Positions 25,086-39,150 are shown, counted from the first letter of the stretch. The stretch: DNA of 64,000 nucleotides from Scyliorhinus canicula (GCF_902713615.1 NC_052151.1:215337677-215401676); one strand, 5' to 3'. The notes: generated from the sequence alone by a model not told the origin. Program-made: numbers and translations.

Positions 25086-28000
25086 CTGGAAGTAACATCA
25101 ACAGGGAGTGCATTAGCCAACAGCCACATAATCAACGGTAAATAGTTCAATGCAACTCATTTTGTGCTAGGGGCTTAGATGGGCCACAGTTTGTAATGTG
25201 TATCGAGGAATGCTTCTTCATGCAATATGTAGATTATCCCAAATGTGAAGGGGCAGTTCAGGACCCTGTATTGAGGAATTAGCCTGGACAAGCGATTGAT
25301 GTTTCAGTACGGGAACTGAATTGGAAGAGTGGTCACAATTCTGTAAATGTAAGAGCCCTTTTGGATAGGGCTTAGAATACCCCAGGGTTAATGTGCTAAA
25401 CTGGGAAAGACAAATGAAGATAATTGAAGAATTTGCATTGGGTGTGGCTGTTGGTATGTAAATCATCCTGTGATATGTGGGAGAGTTTCAAGAGACAGTT
25501 CATTAGGATTCAAGCAAGTCAGGTTCCTGATAGAACTGAGGGTAAGTATGAGCAATTTAGAGAGTTTGATTACGAGAGATATCGTGAATCTCGTCAAAAC
25601 GTAGACGGAGGTCTTTCTCCGGTCTCGAAGGGTGGGTGCAGTCGAAACCATGGTGTGTAACTATGGTACCAAGGTATTTAAGCCGCACATTAGGAGGGCT
25701 AGGAGGGGTAATAAAAATTCATCGAAGTACAAAAAACGTGAATCCTAAAATATCTTCTTAATATGTAAAAAGCAAGTGGGTGGCCAGGGAAACGATTGGA
25801 CCACTTAAGGTCAGTGCACATAATCTGTGTGTTGAGTGAGAGGAAATGGGAGAGGTATGAAATGAGTACTTTGCATCAGTGTTCACCGAAGAAAAGGACT
25901 GTGGAAAATGATTCTTGGAAAGGGTTTGTGGGTAGTTTGGGTCGTGCTGACATCAAAAAGGTGGAGTTATCGGGCGTTTGAAAGGCGTTAAAAATATAAT
26001 TCTCCTGCACTTAATGGGATTTAGAGCAGAATCCTAGGACAAGCAAGTGAGAAACTGTTGGGGCCTTTACTGAAATCGCTGTATCCTCATTGGCTCTATG
26101 TGAGGTCTCAGAGGACAGGGGAATTGTTAATGTTGTGCGGCTGTTTAATAAAAATAGCAGGGATAATTCAGGAAAATATAGGCCGGTGAACCTCACGTCG
26201 TTTATTGGGGAGAATTCTCAGGGACAGAATACAGATCCATTTGGAAACTCATGGACTAACTAGTGATAGACAGTATGATTTTGTGAAGGGGAGGTTGTGC
26301 AAATGTGAGATAATGCATCGTGATAGGTCTAACATAGGGGGAAATTATAGCGTAAATGGCAAAACTTCGGAAAATAAAAAGTCAGAGAAACGTGAACATA
26401 CTGGGCCACAGATCTTTGAAAGTGACAACATAAGTGTACAAAGTAGTCCAGAAAGCAGACTGAATGCTTGCATTCATTGGACGGTGCAGTGACAAAAAAA
26501 TGTCAATCATGCTACAGGTGCATAGAACTTTGACGGTACGGGCGGCACGACAGCTCAGGTATTAGCACTGTTGCTTCTCAGCTCCACGGTTCCAAGTTCG
26601 ATTCTCGGCTAGGGTCACTGTCTGTGCGGAGTCTTCACCATCTTCCCGTGACTCTGTGGGATTCATCCGGGTGCTCAAGTATGTTCGCACAGTCAAACGA
26701 TGTGAAGGTTAGGTGGATTGTCAATGGTACATTCCCTTTAGTATCCAAAACAAAAGTTATGTGGGGTTACTGGCATACGGGGATAGGGCGGTGGTGTGGA
26801 ATAAGTCAGATCCTCTTTGCAAGAGCCACTTAGGCTCGATGGGCCAAATGCCTCCTTCTGCATTGTACGTTTTATGATAACCTTGGCCACACTTGGAATG
26901 TGGCGCACAATTCTGGTCGTTACACTGACAGAAGGGTGTGGAGATTTTCGCGAAGGTGCAGAGGAGGTTTAGGAGGATGTTGCCTGGTCTGGAGGGCATT
27001 AGCTCAGCGGGGAGGTTGAATGTACGTGGACTGCTTTCATTATAAATACATATATTAACGGGCGTCCTGATAGAGGCCTACAGTATTATGAGAGGCCTGG
27101 ATAGAGTGAAAGGTCAGGCACTCTTTCTGTGGGTGTAAGTGAAAGTCTCTGTGGGACATAGATTTAAGGTGCGTGGGGAAATGTTTAGAGGAGATGTGTG
27201 AGGCAGCGTTTACACGCAGAGGGTGGTCAGTGCCCGGAACTCTCTGCCAGGGGAGGTTTTGGAAACAGATGAGTTAACGGCGTTGAAAACGCATCTCACA
27301 AACACGTAGATGGGATGTGTATAGAGAGATACGGCACGAGAAAATGCTCAGGGGTTTGGTCAAAGGTCCTATCATGACCGGCACAGGCTTGGAACACCGA
27401 AGGACATGGGCTGTATTCGGCTTTCTTCTTTGGAACGAGAGTGTAATCTCATGAAATAGATGTTTTGAATTTGCAGAGCATGTCAGGAGAATATAATTTG
27501 CATTTCTATTTTTGGACAAGTGTAATTAAAGTTTCGTACAGGTATAACGGCTCTATGACACTGTGGTGTGGGAGCATTTCACAAATGAGCACGGTATGGT
27601 AGTTTAGCAATCGTCCTTGGGGCGAGAAGAGCTGAGGCAATATTTATCTTACGTTTGCGGATTAACTCCCGGTCTAATTTGACAAGCGTAAAATTTAAAT
27701 CACAGACAGGACAGTAAGAAGTTCAATAACTTAAGGAAGATGATGGTGAAAGTTTGTGGATTGTACGAAATTCTTGATGTTCCAATATTTAAATTCACAT
27801 TTCGATACGCTGCTAGATGTTTAGGTGTGATGCACACGTGGCGTCATTGCACTAACCGTTTGGATTACATGATCTTTGGTTTCCCCTTCGTAACAATTTT
27901 GCAGTTTCTTTCACTAATGGGGAGTGGGCTGCCTTAATGGATTGTCGGAGAGGGTAGGAAGACCAGGAGACCTAATTCCACCACAACATGTAATACCATT

Positions 28001-28172
28001 GTACTCGCTTCAAGTTTTCTGATCTGTTTAGCGGGTCTGAACTGAAAGTGTACATGAGGCTATATTAAAGAATGTAACCGACCACAGTAAGGGTAATTCA
28101 AATTGCTTGCCTTACAGTTAAATTATTATGTGATTTTACCACTGGTTACATTCCATGCTTGTGACGACGTAC
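25086..28172 (-). other. Phase-0 GT-AG intron of the GCNT gene (3087 bp)
   Basis: Donor AAG|GTACGT at 28172 and acceptor TTCCAG at 25086; splicing restores a collinear GCNT sequence. Confidence 0.85.
25190..27425 (+). mobile_element. Degraded, internally deleted CR1 inside the intron, with a nested V-SINE at ~26540-26880 (+)
   Basis: NSGKYRPVNLTS, DFVKGRLC|KCEIMH (deletion junction), CR1 3' tail; SINE head GGGCGGCACGACAGCTCAGG...GTTCGATTC. Confidence 0.8.
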
Positions 28173-28949
28173 CTTTTTTTCTGCTGATGGAGGTTAAGAT
28201 GGTATCAGGTTTTGGCCTTGGACGGACATTAAGCTTTCTATTATCTCACCATTCGTTTTGATAGGGAAATCTTGTCCGCATAAATTGATAAGATATTTCC
28301 ATGGGATGCTGTTTCTCACCAGGTCGCTCATACAGTTGATGTCGGCCTGAACTCTGGACCACGATCCGTAGGTCACTTGTTCTCGTCTGCTGGCAATAAA
28401 GACGTTACGGAAACAGGAAGCAATAGAGGCAACTGCCGAGTGGAACGATTTCGGAGATTTCCTGTCCACGTGTACACAATACACACTTTGCGGTGCGTAA
28501 ATGGCTCTTAAAAGTCTCTCAAACATATCAATCCTATAATGAACTACAATGGAATAGGCAATGGGAAAATCCCTCTCTTTGCTAGTTACGGGGAAAGTGA
28601 TATATTTTCGGGTTTTCAGGAAAGAGGCACAATTTGATGCTAACCTTACATAATCCTTCTCTTTTAATGGCCGAGAGATGTTTTGGGATCCAGTTGTGTT
28701 GATCATCTTTTGGATGGTTTGATCGCTCATTATTGTGGAGCAAACCGAATGCTTCTCAGCGATTTCAAGAGCATCAAATTGAATTCTGGTGCAGGCCTTG
28801 GAGGGAGTCAATAGAATTATCGGAAAACTCTTCGAGAATCTACCCGAAATTTCTCCTAGGAGCATTGCTGCCAAATAACAAATCATAAAAAGAGCCAGGA
28901 GGAAAAATAATCGTGTCGAATTCAGGACACACAGTCTGGGAAAGGTCAT
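28173..28949 (-). pseudogene. GCNT1/GCNT3-like coding exon 1, containing an in-frame TAA at 28196-28194 (pseudogene, null allele or sequence error)
   Basis: Type II signal anchor (LFFLLALFMICYLAAMLLG); FPIAYSIVVH, FERLLRAIYAPQSVYCVHVD, WSRVQADINCM, WKYLINLCGQDFPIKTN. Frame continues past the stop as PPSAEKK to the donor. Confidence 0.9.
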
Positions 28950-30174
28950 TATTTTGTCCGGCGTAACTCTATTGTTCTATGTCCTTCCAATAATCGATGT
29001 ACCCGTTTGCGTAGGCCCTTCTGGGTGAATGTTTTGATTTTCCTAATTGTGATTCAGTCCCGTTTCTTATCAACGTTGAGCTTTGCGTTTGAGCACATAC
29101 ATTCAATATATTCGAAAGAACTTCATTCTGACGTCACCGAAACGACTTATTGATGGTTTCCCCAACGAACATGCAACTCAATAGGTTGAGTGTTCACTGA
29201 AAATATAATGCATTCTATAAAAACAACGGAATGAATTATTTCACATAAGAATCTACTTTATGAAGTTTCACCTGTTTCATAACGCGTCTATCGTCTCAAA
29301 TATCGCCATCAATTTAACCGTCCCGTGTATATAGACATTGCTCTCTCTGTGCGCTGATTCAGATTTGACGAGATATGCATCCTCAATTTTTGCTAATCCA
29401 TTATCGACGGCGATCCTTAATGTCCAGAATCTCTCCAAGTCACGTTCTAATCTTAGCTGCCTCTTTTCCTACCTATTTTGTTTCCTTTCAGACACTCCAT
29501 GGAAACGATGTAACAAAGCCCCCTGTGGCAAACGCTGTTTAACAGAGCATCCATTCAAGACATTTATTGGGCTGTCTATAATCCGCCAATGCGGATTGAT
29601 ATTTTCGTTGCGAACGCAAAATACTTTTTTTTAATAAATTATTTTCAGTGTTTAAACGAAAACGAAAGTAAGCCCTTTGGAACGGGAGCCAAATATGTTG
29701 TTTAGGTATGAAAGTGCGACAACGCATTATGATCATTTTCGGACTATTCAACATGACGCAAAAACATGAAACACATATTTCAAGGTGAAGAAGGTATTGC
29801 AGAGGCTGCAAATTTAGAATTATACGAACAAAACTGCAGGGAAACATCTGGAAATGTTCAGCAGTTCCGAAAGCTCCTGCATAGAAAAATAAAATAGAGT
29901 TTATTTTTGGGAATGACCCGTCAATGTGTTTTTAATACATCATTATCGGCTTGGAATACTATATCTGCCTTTATAAAAAATTGAACCTAATTAGTCGAAA
30001 ATCACCAATACGTTCTGTTTTTGTTTAATTATTATGTCGATACCAATGAAACCTATTTCTATCCATCAGCTAAGATGTCGAGATAGACTTGAGGAAATGC
30101 TGAGGACTTGCAGGTATTGCGCAAAGATGGAGAGAATGGAGCACAAATGTTAATGCCAAAAAAGAGTAAGAGCC

Positions 30175-30625
30175 CTCCTGGTAGGAAACTTCAGAGAGTC
30201 GAGAACACAGCCCAGCCCATCAAGCTAACCTGCCTCCCATCCATTGACTCCATCTGCACATCCCGCAGCCTGAGGAAAGCGGGCAGCATAATAAATGACA
30301 CCTTTCACCCGGTGTACTCACTCTTCCAACTACTTCCAACGGGCAGGTGTTACAAAAGTCTGAGTACACGCATGGACAGACTCAAAAGTAGCTTCTTCCC
30401 GCTGTTACCAGTCTGCTGAACGACCCTCTTATGGACTGATCTTATTAATACTAAACTCCTACAGCATTCATCCGATGTCGGTGGTTATGTAGTTACATTG
30501 CGTACCTTGTGTTGCCCTATTATATATTTTATTTTATTTTCACGTACTTACTGATATGTTGAACTGCTCGCAGAAAAATGTTTTTAACTGTACCTCGGTA
30601 CACGTGATAATAAACCAATCCAATC
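30175..30625 (+). mobile_element. Rex1/Babar-type LINE 3' fragment
   Basis: RKLQRVENTAQPI...LPSIDSI...FHPVYSLFQLLPTGRCYKSL...RLKSSFFP; tail AATAAACCAATCCAATC. Confidence 0.8.
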
Positions 30626-30702
30626 AAATAATGCATGTGTGCCACATTTCCCCTGATAACCCCTGCTACATTTCTCTCTCGTTTTTTTACAACAATAATT
30701 AA

Positions 30703-31743
30703 TGTACCTATGACATTAGGATGGATTTAACTTTTAAGTCTAGCGCTGAAAAATGTAAGACTGACCTATACGAAGCAAGTTATGGTCCAACACCAGTGAT
30801 GACACATCTTGATGTACCTGGCTGGCGACCAATGAGCTGGCTAAAATTGCGGGGCCTTTGCTGAAATTCGATTCACACTCTTCTGGAACGTACTGCAGTG
30901 GCAGAAGGATGCATCTTGCTTTCAGATATAAAAACTCAGCAGCAATGCAACACCTCATCTGGAGGTCTCAACAGAAAACTGGATCATGTCAGCGTTACCT
31001 CGCCATCCAGCCTGTGAGCCTTTAACATCTGAATACACAGCGGGAGGGGACTGTTTGGATTTATCTGTCGGAAATATTAACACAACTTTCTAAAATCTTA
31101 TGTAATCTGCTGCTCTGGCGCTCTGTTATTCCTCAGTAAAGCTGTGGATATTCTGGTGAAACTGTTAACCCGGTATATTAAAAACACAGGCTGGAGCTTG
31201 GGAGAATGTGAGACTCCTTTAAATGAAAACCGGGGTCAACAAAAGTTAAATTGCTTCTCCCAGAAAATCCTACTGTCTGGGAGCACTGGCTGAATGTTAA
31301 TGCCAGTACATCGTCTGTACCAATACACTGGTAGCTGCGACCACACGGCATCGTGGGAGTACAGTGTGCTGCAACGTCTAAAATATTGGAAGCAAGGGCA
31401 CTCATTTTTGCCTTTAAAACATTCTCATGTTTACACTTTCCAACCCCTCTGTGTGCGCGTCTGTCGGGTATGTGATTGCCGTTAAATGGTGGAACGGTAA
31501 TAGGGACTAGTAGAATGGCTGGCTGTTATTCTGTTATAATTACTACATCATTTAGCTTTGCTTGTGTTATAAATTAACATATATCGTGTCCAACTTACAT
31601 ATCTGATGGATGTAACGTATTGCGTAGTCAAGGGACCAAATAATCTATATACTTCCTACAAATTATTGATTAATGCACATGCGTTCTGACTCCGGTGTCC
31701 AGGGGCTGGAATCGACTGCGCACCCGCCCAGAGTTTCGATACA
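30703..31743. mobile_element. Possible old solo LTR
   Basis: TGTA...TACA ends and an LTR-like non-coding layout; no TSD recognised. Confidence 0.3.
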
Positions 31744-32393
31744 AAAGGATGAACGTGGAATTAAATTTTGCACACATGAACGAATGGACATGGCTTTTGA
31801 GCAACACGGAACAACATGGTGCGTGTAATACATGTTTTAGTGAAATGCACAAACGAAAATAAAATAGAAAGATATTTATATTATTCAATCTTAGTATCTT
31901 GCTATTTACTGATCAGCACAACGTATGGTACAAATCCCAATATCCAATTGTCAAGTTGGTACTGAGTTGAATTTCAGAAAGGCTATCGTCTGTACGATGC
32001 AGGTAAATTGAAAACAGTAAGTGATGGATGTGCCGAATTTTCGCTCAGCAACTTAGTGAATGGAAGGATTTAGTGCCTTCCCAATCGAGATAATCCTAAT
32101 CACTTCAGTCCTGAATGTGAAGGTTCTTATTCTGCGGTGATGAACCTTGCTTCTAGAACAGATACAAACTCCCCTATCCCTGGCTACGCCTAAACGCTTA
32201 ACCAGCCTAGGGTAATGCCCTTCCTGTATGTATTCGGTCGATGTCGTACCACGTCAGCTTGGTATGTCACTTGGACTGTAGTTACAGGAACTAATGTTCC
32301 CATTCACCTTTTGTACCTGATTTTAGAGGTGATGGAAGTTTCGAATAAGGAAGCTGCTGCCGTATAAGGCTTCCTTCGGATGGCGCCACTATT

Positions 32394-32595
32394 CATAGAA
32401 TAGAACATAGAACATAGAAAAGTACAGCACAGAACAGGCCCTTCGGCCCTCGATGTTGTGCCGAGCAATGATCACCCTACTCAAACCCACGTATCCACCC
32501 TATACCCATAACCCTCCCCCCTTAACCTTACTTTTAAGGACACAACGGGCAATTTAGCATGGCCAATCCACCTAACCCGCACATCTTTGGACTGT

Positions 32596-32626
<31 letters not shown>

Positions 32627-32741
32627 ACGCACACACGGGGAGGACGTGCAGACTCCGCACAGACAGTGACCCAGCCGGGAACCGAACCTGGGAACCTGGA
32701 GCTGTGAAGCATTTATGCTAACCACCATGCTACCGTGCTGC
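32394..32741 (-). mobile_element. Full-length young V-SINE with CR1-derived tail
   Basis: Nearly identical to 669-890; tail (CATAGAA)n AAGTACAGCACAGAACAGGCCCTTCGGCCC. Confidence 0.92.
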
Positions 32742-33440
32742 TATGTGCAAAGAATATACAGTTCATTGGAATAAAAGTGAACAGCAATACAAAGACAATG
32801 AAAGTAGCATAATTCTAGAAATGTATATCTACCAGAGGGTTGGGTTTCACTGCGGGAATATTTAATTGGCAGCAATTCAAATTCAGTTAGATTTCATGTC
32901 TTTATGGAAAGATACATCGATATGGAGTCAAAGTGCAATATTTCACCAAAGGCAGTTTAAGATGCTGAAATTTATTTTTCGAAATGTGGACTTGAAATAA
33001 CTACTTGAAAGTTGTGGAGGGAACTCAATTGCAGATGGGAAATGATGAGATCAAACATGTTCCACTTTGAAGAAAAATAATAAAATGGTATTCCCCAATC
33101 CAGACTCATGGATATCAAGTGCAATTAGGACACAGGATGCAAAAAGCAAAAACATGGCAGACAGATCAGATGTCAAAAAATGAATACTGCACAAAGGGAG
33201 ACAATGGCGGAGTGGTTTTTTTAGTGGAATGCCAATTCCAATGACCAATATAATGCATTGGGGCGACAAATAGTGGAATTGTTATGCAATGAAGGCATAT
33301 GGAACTAAAAGCCTAATGCTAAACATGATACGTTTGTCACAAATTGAATTGGTTGAGGGTAATCTATGAAGATGCACCGTATGTTTTTCTAGACATACAG
33401 AACATTAGTTGTTTCTAAAACAACACATGTAAAATGTTAT

Positions 33441-36225
33441 GTAAGAACATAAGAACATAAGAACATTAGGAGCCGGAGTAGGCCATCTGGCCCCTCGACC
33501 CTTAATCCCTTTATTCTTCAAAAAACTATCGATCTTTATCTTAAAAACATTAAATGAAGGATCCTCTACTGCTTCACTAGGCAAGAAATTACACAGATTC
33601 ACAACCCTTTGGGTGAATAAATTCCTCCTAAACTCAGTCCTAAATCTACTTCCACTTATTTTGAGGCAATGCCCTCATTTCTGCTCTCACCCGCCAGTGG
33701 AAACAACCTGTCCGCATGTATCCTATCTATCCGTTTCATAATTTTATATGACTCTATAAGATCTCCCCTCATCCTTCCAAATTCCAAAGAGTACAATCCA
33801 AGTCTACGCAACCTCTCCTCGTAATCCAACCCCTTCACCTCTGGGATTAACCTCGTGAATCTCCTCTGCATACCCTCCAGTGCCAGCCCGTCCTTTCTCA
33901 AGTAAGGAGACCAAAACTGAACACAATACTCCAAGTGTGGTCTCACTAACACCTTATATAATTGCAGAATACCCTCCCTAGTCTTAAACTCCATCCCTCT
34001 AGCAATGAAGGACAAAATTCCATTTGCCTTCTTAATCACCTGTTGCACCTGCAAAATAACGTTTTGCGACTCATGCACTAGCACACCCAGGTCTCTCTGC
34101 ACTGCAGCACGCTTTAACGTTTTATCATTTAAATAATAATCCCGTTTGCTGTTATTCCTACCAAAATGGATAACCTCGCATTTGTCAACATTGTATTCCA
34201 TCTGCCAGACCCTAGCCCATTCACTTAACCTATCCAAATCCCACTGCAGACTTCCAGTATCCTCAACATTTTTCGCTTTACCACTCATCTTAGTGTCATC
34301 TGCAAACTTGGACACATTGCCCTTGGTCCCCAACTCCAAATCATCTCTGTAAATTCTGAACAATTGTGGGCCCAACACGGATCCCTAAGTGATACCACTG
34401 GCTACTGATTGGCAACCAGAAAAACAGCCATGAATCCCCACTCTTTACGTTCTATTAATTAACCAATCCTCTATCCATGCTTCTGCTTTACTCTTAATGC
34501 CATGGCTCTTTATCTGATGCAGCAACCTTTTGTGCGGCACCTTGTCAAAGGCTTTCTGAAAATCCAGACATACCAAATCCATTGGCTCCCCGTTATCTAC
34601 TGCACTGGTAATGTCCTCAAAAAATTCCACTAAATTAGTTAGGCACGACCTGCCCTTTATGAACCTATGTTGCGTCTGCCCAGTGGGACAATTTATATCC
34701 AGATGCCTCGCTTTTTCTTCCTTGATGCTAGATTCCAGCATCTTCCCTACTATCGAAGTTAAGCTAAGTGTCCTATAATTACCCACTCTCTACCTTCCTC
34801 CTTTTTTAAAACAGTGGTGTCACGTTTGCTAATTCCCAATCCACCGGGACCACCCCAGAGTCTAGTGAATTTTGGTGAATTATCGCTAGTGCATTTGCAA
34901 TTTACCTAGCCACCTCCTTTTGCACTCTGGGATGCATTCCGTCAGGGCTAGGGGACTTGTCTACCTTTAGACCCATTAGCTTGCCCATCACACCCTCCTT
35001 AGTAATAAGAATCCTCTCAAGGCCCTCATCTGTTATAGCCTCATATATATTAGTCATTGGCATGCTATTTGTGACTTCCACTGTGAAGACCGACACAAAA
35101 AATCTGTTCAGTTCCTCAGCCATTTCTTCATCTCCCATTACTAAAACTCCTTTCTCATCCTCTAAAGGACCAATATTTACCTTAGCCACTCTTTTTTGTT
35201 TTAAATATTTGTAGAAACTTTTACTGTCTGTCTTTATATTCTGAGCAGGTTTACTCTCATACTCTATCTTCCTCTTCTTTATAGCTTTTTTAGTAGCTTT
35301 CTGTTGCCCCCTAAAGATTTCCCTGTCCTCTAGTCTCCCACCAATCGTTGACACTTTCTATGCTTTTTCCGTCAATTTGATACCCTCCCTTATTTCCTTA
35401 GATATCCATGGTCGACTTTCCCCCTTTCTACCGTCCTTCCTTTTTGTTGGTATAAACGTTTGCTGAGCACTATGAAAACCACTTTTCCTCAACTGGTCCA
35501 CCATAAAGTCTTTGCTCCCAGTCTACCTTAGCTAGCGCGTCTCTCATCCCATTGTTACCTCCTTTGCTTAACGACAAAACACTAGTATTTGATTTTACCT
35601 TCACACCCTCCATCTGTATTTCAAATTCCACCATATTGTGATCGCTCCTTCCGAGAGGATCCCTAATAATGAGATCATGAATCAATTCTGTCTCCTTACA
35701 CAGGACAAGATGAGGACCGCTTGTTCCCTCGAAGGTTCAATTACATACTGTTCTAGGAAACTATCGCTGATACATTCTATCAACTCCTCTTCACGGTTGC
35801 CTTGACCGACATGGTTAAACAAATCGACATGTAGATTAAATTCCCCCATGATAACTGTTGTACCCTTTCTACATGCATCAATTATTTCTTTGTTCATTGC
35901 CTGTCCCACCACAATGTTAACATTTGGTGGCCTATAGACTACTCCTACCAGTGACTTTTTCGCCTTATTATTCCTGATTTCCACCCAAGTGGATTCAACC
36001 TTATCCTCCATAGCACCGATGTCATCCCTTACTATTTCCTGGATGTCATCCTTTAATAACAGAACTACGCCATCACCCTTATCATCCACTCTGTCAATCC
36101 GAATAGTTTGATACCCTCGGGTATTTAACTCCCAGTCGTGATCATCCTTTAACCATGTTTCAGTAATGGCCACTAAATCATAGTCATTCACGATGATTTG
36201 CGCCATCAACTCATTTACTTTATTC
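33441..36225 (-). mobile_element. CR1 LINE, near-complete ORF2 with stops and frameshifts
   Basis: Endonuclease YDLVAITETWL and GVVYRPPN; RT NYRTLSLTS, LDFQKAFDKVPH, KFADDTK; (TAAGAACA)n tail. Confidence 0.95.
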
Positions 36226-36329
36226 CGAATTCCGAATAAGAAATAGCATTCCTCAGGAAATGAGAATCGAATGTTGCACCCACAGTAACGGCCACTGACC
36301 GAGCCAGTGGTGCGATGATAAGGCAGGGG

Positions 36330-39150
36330 ACATGCGGGGGCAGAGTCCACAGTGCCATCTCTGGCCATCATGTGCCTCTTGGATAATTAGTCACGGGGTT
36401 ACCCACAATGCTAAGATGTCTGTCTCCCCATATAATGGATATTGCAATTCAACCAGCAATGGAAGCATTTTTGCTGCTTCTCGCAGCCTTGCGGAAAGCC
36501 CTGTGGCTCTACGGGCAGGTGTTGCTTGAGGAGGAGGATGCTGCAGCAACGTAGGTTGAGCAGATGGAGAACCAGCCGTCCAACATCCGAGAAGGAGACG
36601 ATACCAAGGGGACGCCGGATGAGGCCTTGTGTGTACCGGCGCCGCCTGTCATTTGGGGAGCCACCCGTCTCGGAATGCCATCAACGAATCCGGCTGAAAA
36701 GTATGATGGCAGACCTGTCACCGCTGAGATATCTATATGGAAATTCACTCCCGGTGGCCGTCATGGTGACAGTCACCCTCAAATTTCATGCCAAGCGATA
36801 CTGCCAGGCGCAGAGCGGTGGCCTGTCCATGATGCCACGCATTTTGGTACACAGGTGTATCCGCGCCATCATGGAGCTCCTATATGCCCAGGCGGCTGAA
36901 TACGTCCATTTCAATATGGACCGAGCCTCCTCAGATTCCCGTCAGCAAGGTTCGCCACGATCGCTGTGATGCACGGGTCCAGCGGATGAATGATGGGATG
37001 CATTCCACCACGAGCTATTCCAATGAAAAATTCTGATTGAGCAGAGTCGTGATTGGCGCTCGAGACGTTGAAAAGCTGCAGCCAAACCTTAGCACTCCTC
37101 TCTCCACATACGCACATGCCAGCCAGCAAGATGACCCAGCCAGCAAGATGCACGGAAAGTGGCACTCCTGTTCACAGACGACGAACTGTGTACCCTGATG
37201 GATGCCATGGATTGGGGCGGGCTATTCTGCACTCATGAGAGCAAAGGTAGTATCCACCCACTGCTGTACAACAGGCCTCCGAAACGTGGGCCCCACCGGC
37301 AGGACAAGTAAACGTTGCAGTAAATGCTGCGTGACATCCTCAATGCAGCCAGTGTGAGTAGGCAGCCCCATACAACGCAAAGGCCACACCCTGCCCTCAC
37401 CAGGGGACCCGTCGGGCCCCACCGATAGTCTGCGCTCTCCCCATACTGCACCGCATCCCAGTACCAACCGGCCGCCACAGACGGAACCAGCTTCCCACGT
37501 CTTTTGCTGCATGCACCTGACTGTCAAACACTTTGCCCTTTTTGTCTCCCACGCCAAGAGGAAGCTATCGCATCACTGCCGGGAAAGAAAGAAATTCGGA
37601 GTGGTCTGCATCATCAATGGCACCTCAATGCAGTGGAGCATCGGGCTTGGGCGTGGTTCGTGAGCCCTGAGAGAGGGAAGGCACCGTGGCAGAGATTTTG
37701 TTGTCTAAATTTGCAGGATGCAATCATTTTTTTTCTAATTAAGGGACAGCTTTCGGTGGTCAATGCGCCCACCCCACATTATTTCATGCCTGGGTGTCGG
37801 CCCACACATACATGGGGAGAAGATGTAAACTGTACAAGAAAGTGACCCATGGCCGGGACCAATCTAGTGTCCATGAGGTAGGGCAAGACAGCTGCGGTTC
37901 ACATCGCATGCATATTACGATGCACACAAACACTTCATCAACCCCTCACCACATCCACACTACCCCCCTCCCCCATGCCATCCCCTCACCACCTGCACAA
38001 CACAAAAACCATCCCGACACCACCACCACACTAACGCTCACCAACCAATGCATGATTCAATCCTCCGTCACCTGGCGAGGGGGAGGGCCCTGTGGTACTC
38101 CCTGCCCCCGATACCCAGCAGCAAGCGGATACTAGGAAATATAGGGCAATGAACAGTTAACTCAGCCCCCGAACTGAAACCTAATTAATCACTGAGCACC
38201 AGTCCGGGAACGAAACTGACTTCCCGCCATAGCTGTACCAAAAACCCTCCACCATTTCAGAGTCACTCACCTCGGTTGGCCAGTGGGTGAATAAGATCTT
38301 GGGTCATTATTAGGTACGAACTGATACATCAGTGGGAAGTAGGAACCGCTGACGGGGCGGAATGTCGGAAGGCAGCCCGGTGGCAGGGATTAACTGCTGT
38401 CATTAGACGTTTGGGCTTCTGGAAATGATAGTCCTATCGCTAGTGGAGGTCCAGCTGCAGAGGCAGAGAGTACACGAAGGGCTGCCATTGACCGTCCAGC
38501 GGCTGCAGGTGCAGTTGTCGGAGACGAACATCCTGCGTGGGCAGGATGTGTTGTCGCCACTGAGTGCTGCACAGTCCAACACCACAAGGTGGCACCTGAA
38601 GTGCAGGCCTTGTGGGCAATGTTATTGACCACTGGTGAGGATGCGCAATGTCAGGGGCACTCTGAAGTCGGTAGGCGAGGCACAGGCCGGCTGTCCTCTC
38701 GCAGGCAGCCATGTACTCGAGACAGCTGAAAATTGCACTGACTCTCCAGTGCGTGGCTCAGTCACAGCAGGTCAGAGCCTACGGCTCCGGCGTAATTTCC
38801 TGCGCGTTGGCCGAATTCAGTGGCATACTCACCAAGGGTCCACAGCTATGCCCATTGAGATCCTGTTCGAGAGAGGAATGAGCATCCGGGACTGGCAGCA
38901 CTGGTTGGCGGATAAGCCAACGGGGCTGGGGACGGAGCACCCGCGTCCCAAGGTGCAGCCGGGGCGATCATGGGGGCTGTTGGCTCCTGTGTCAGTGACG
39001 CCAACTGGGGATCTGTCAGAACATCACAGCGCTGCAAAATCCCCCAAATCCTTTCCCTAGAGCATCTGACAGGCAGAGTGCAGGAAAGTGCAGCGCCACA
39101 TCATCTGGGACACCGGTGTCAAGCGGACCGATTCCAGGCCCTGTCACTCC
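36330..39150 (+). mobile_element. Degraded PIF/Harbinger DNA transposon (HARBI1-like transposase fragment plus Myb/SANT-type second gene remnants); V-SINE fragment at ~37725-37880
   Basis: RPCVYRRRLSF...GNSLPVAVMVTVTLKF...HRCIRAIMELLYAQAAEYVHF; coiled-coil-like remnant at 38425-38628. TIRs not identified. Confidence 0.7.

Noticed and set aside
29190-29205. Splice acceptor (ttttcag) defining the 5' edge of the first GCNT coding exon
   Set aside because: Plausible but not distinguishable from chance without transcript data.
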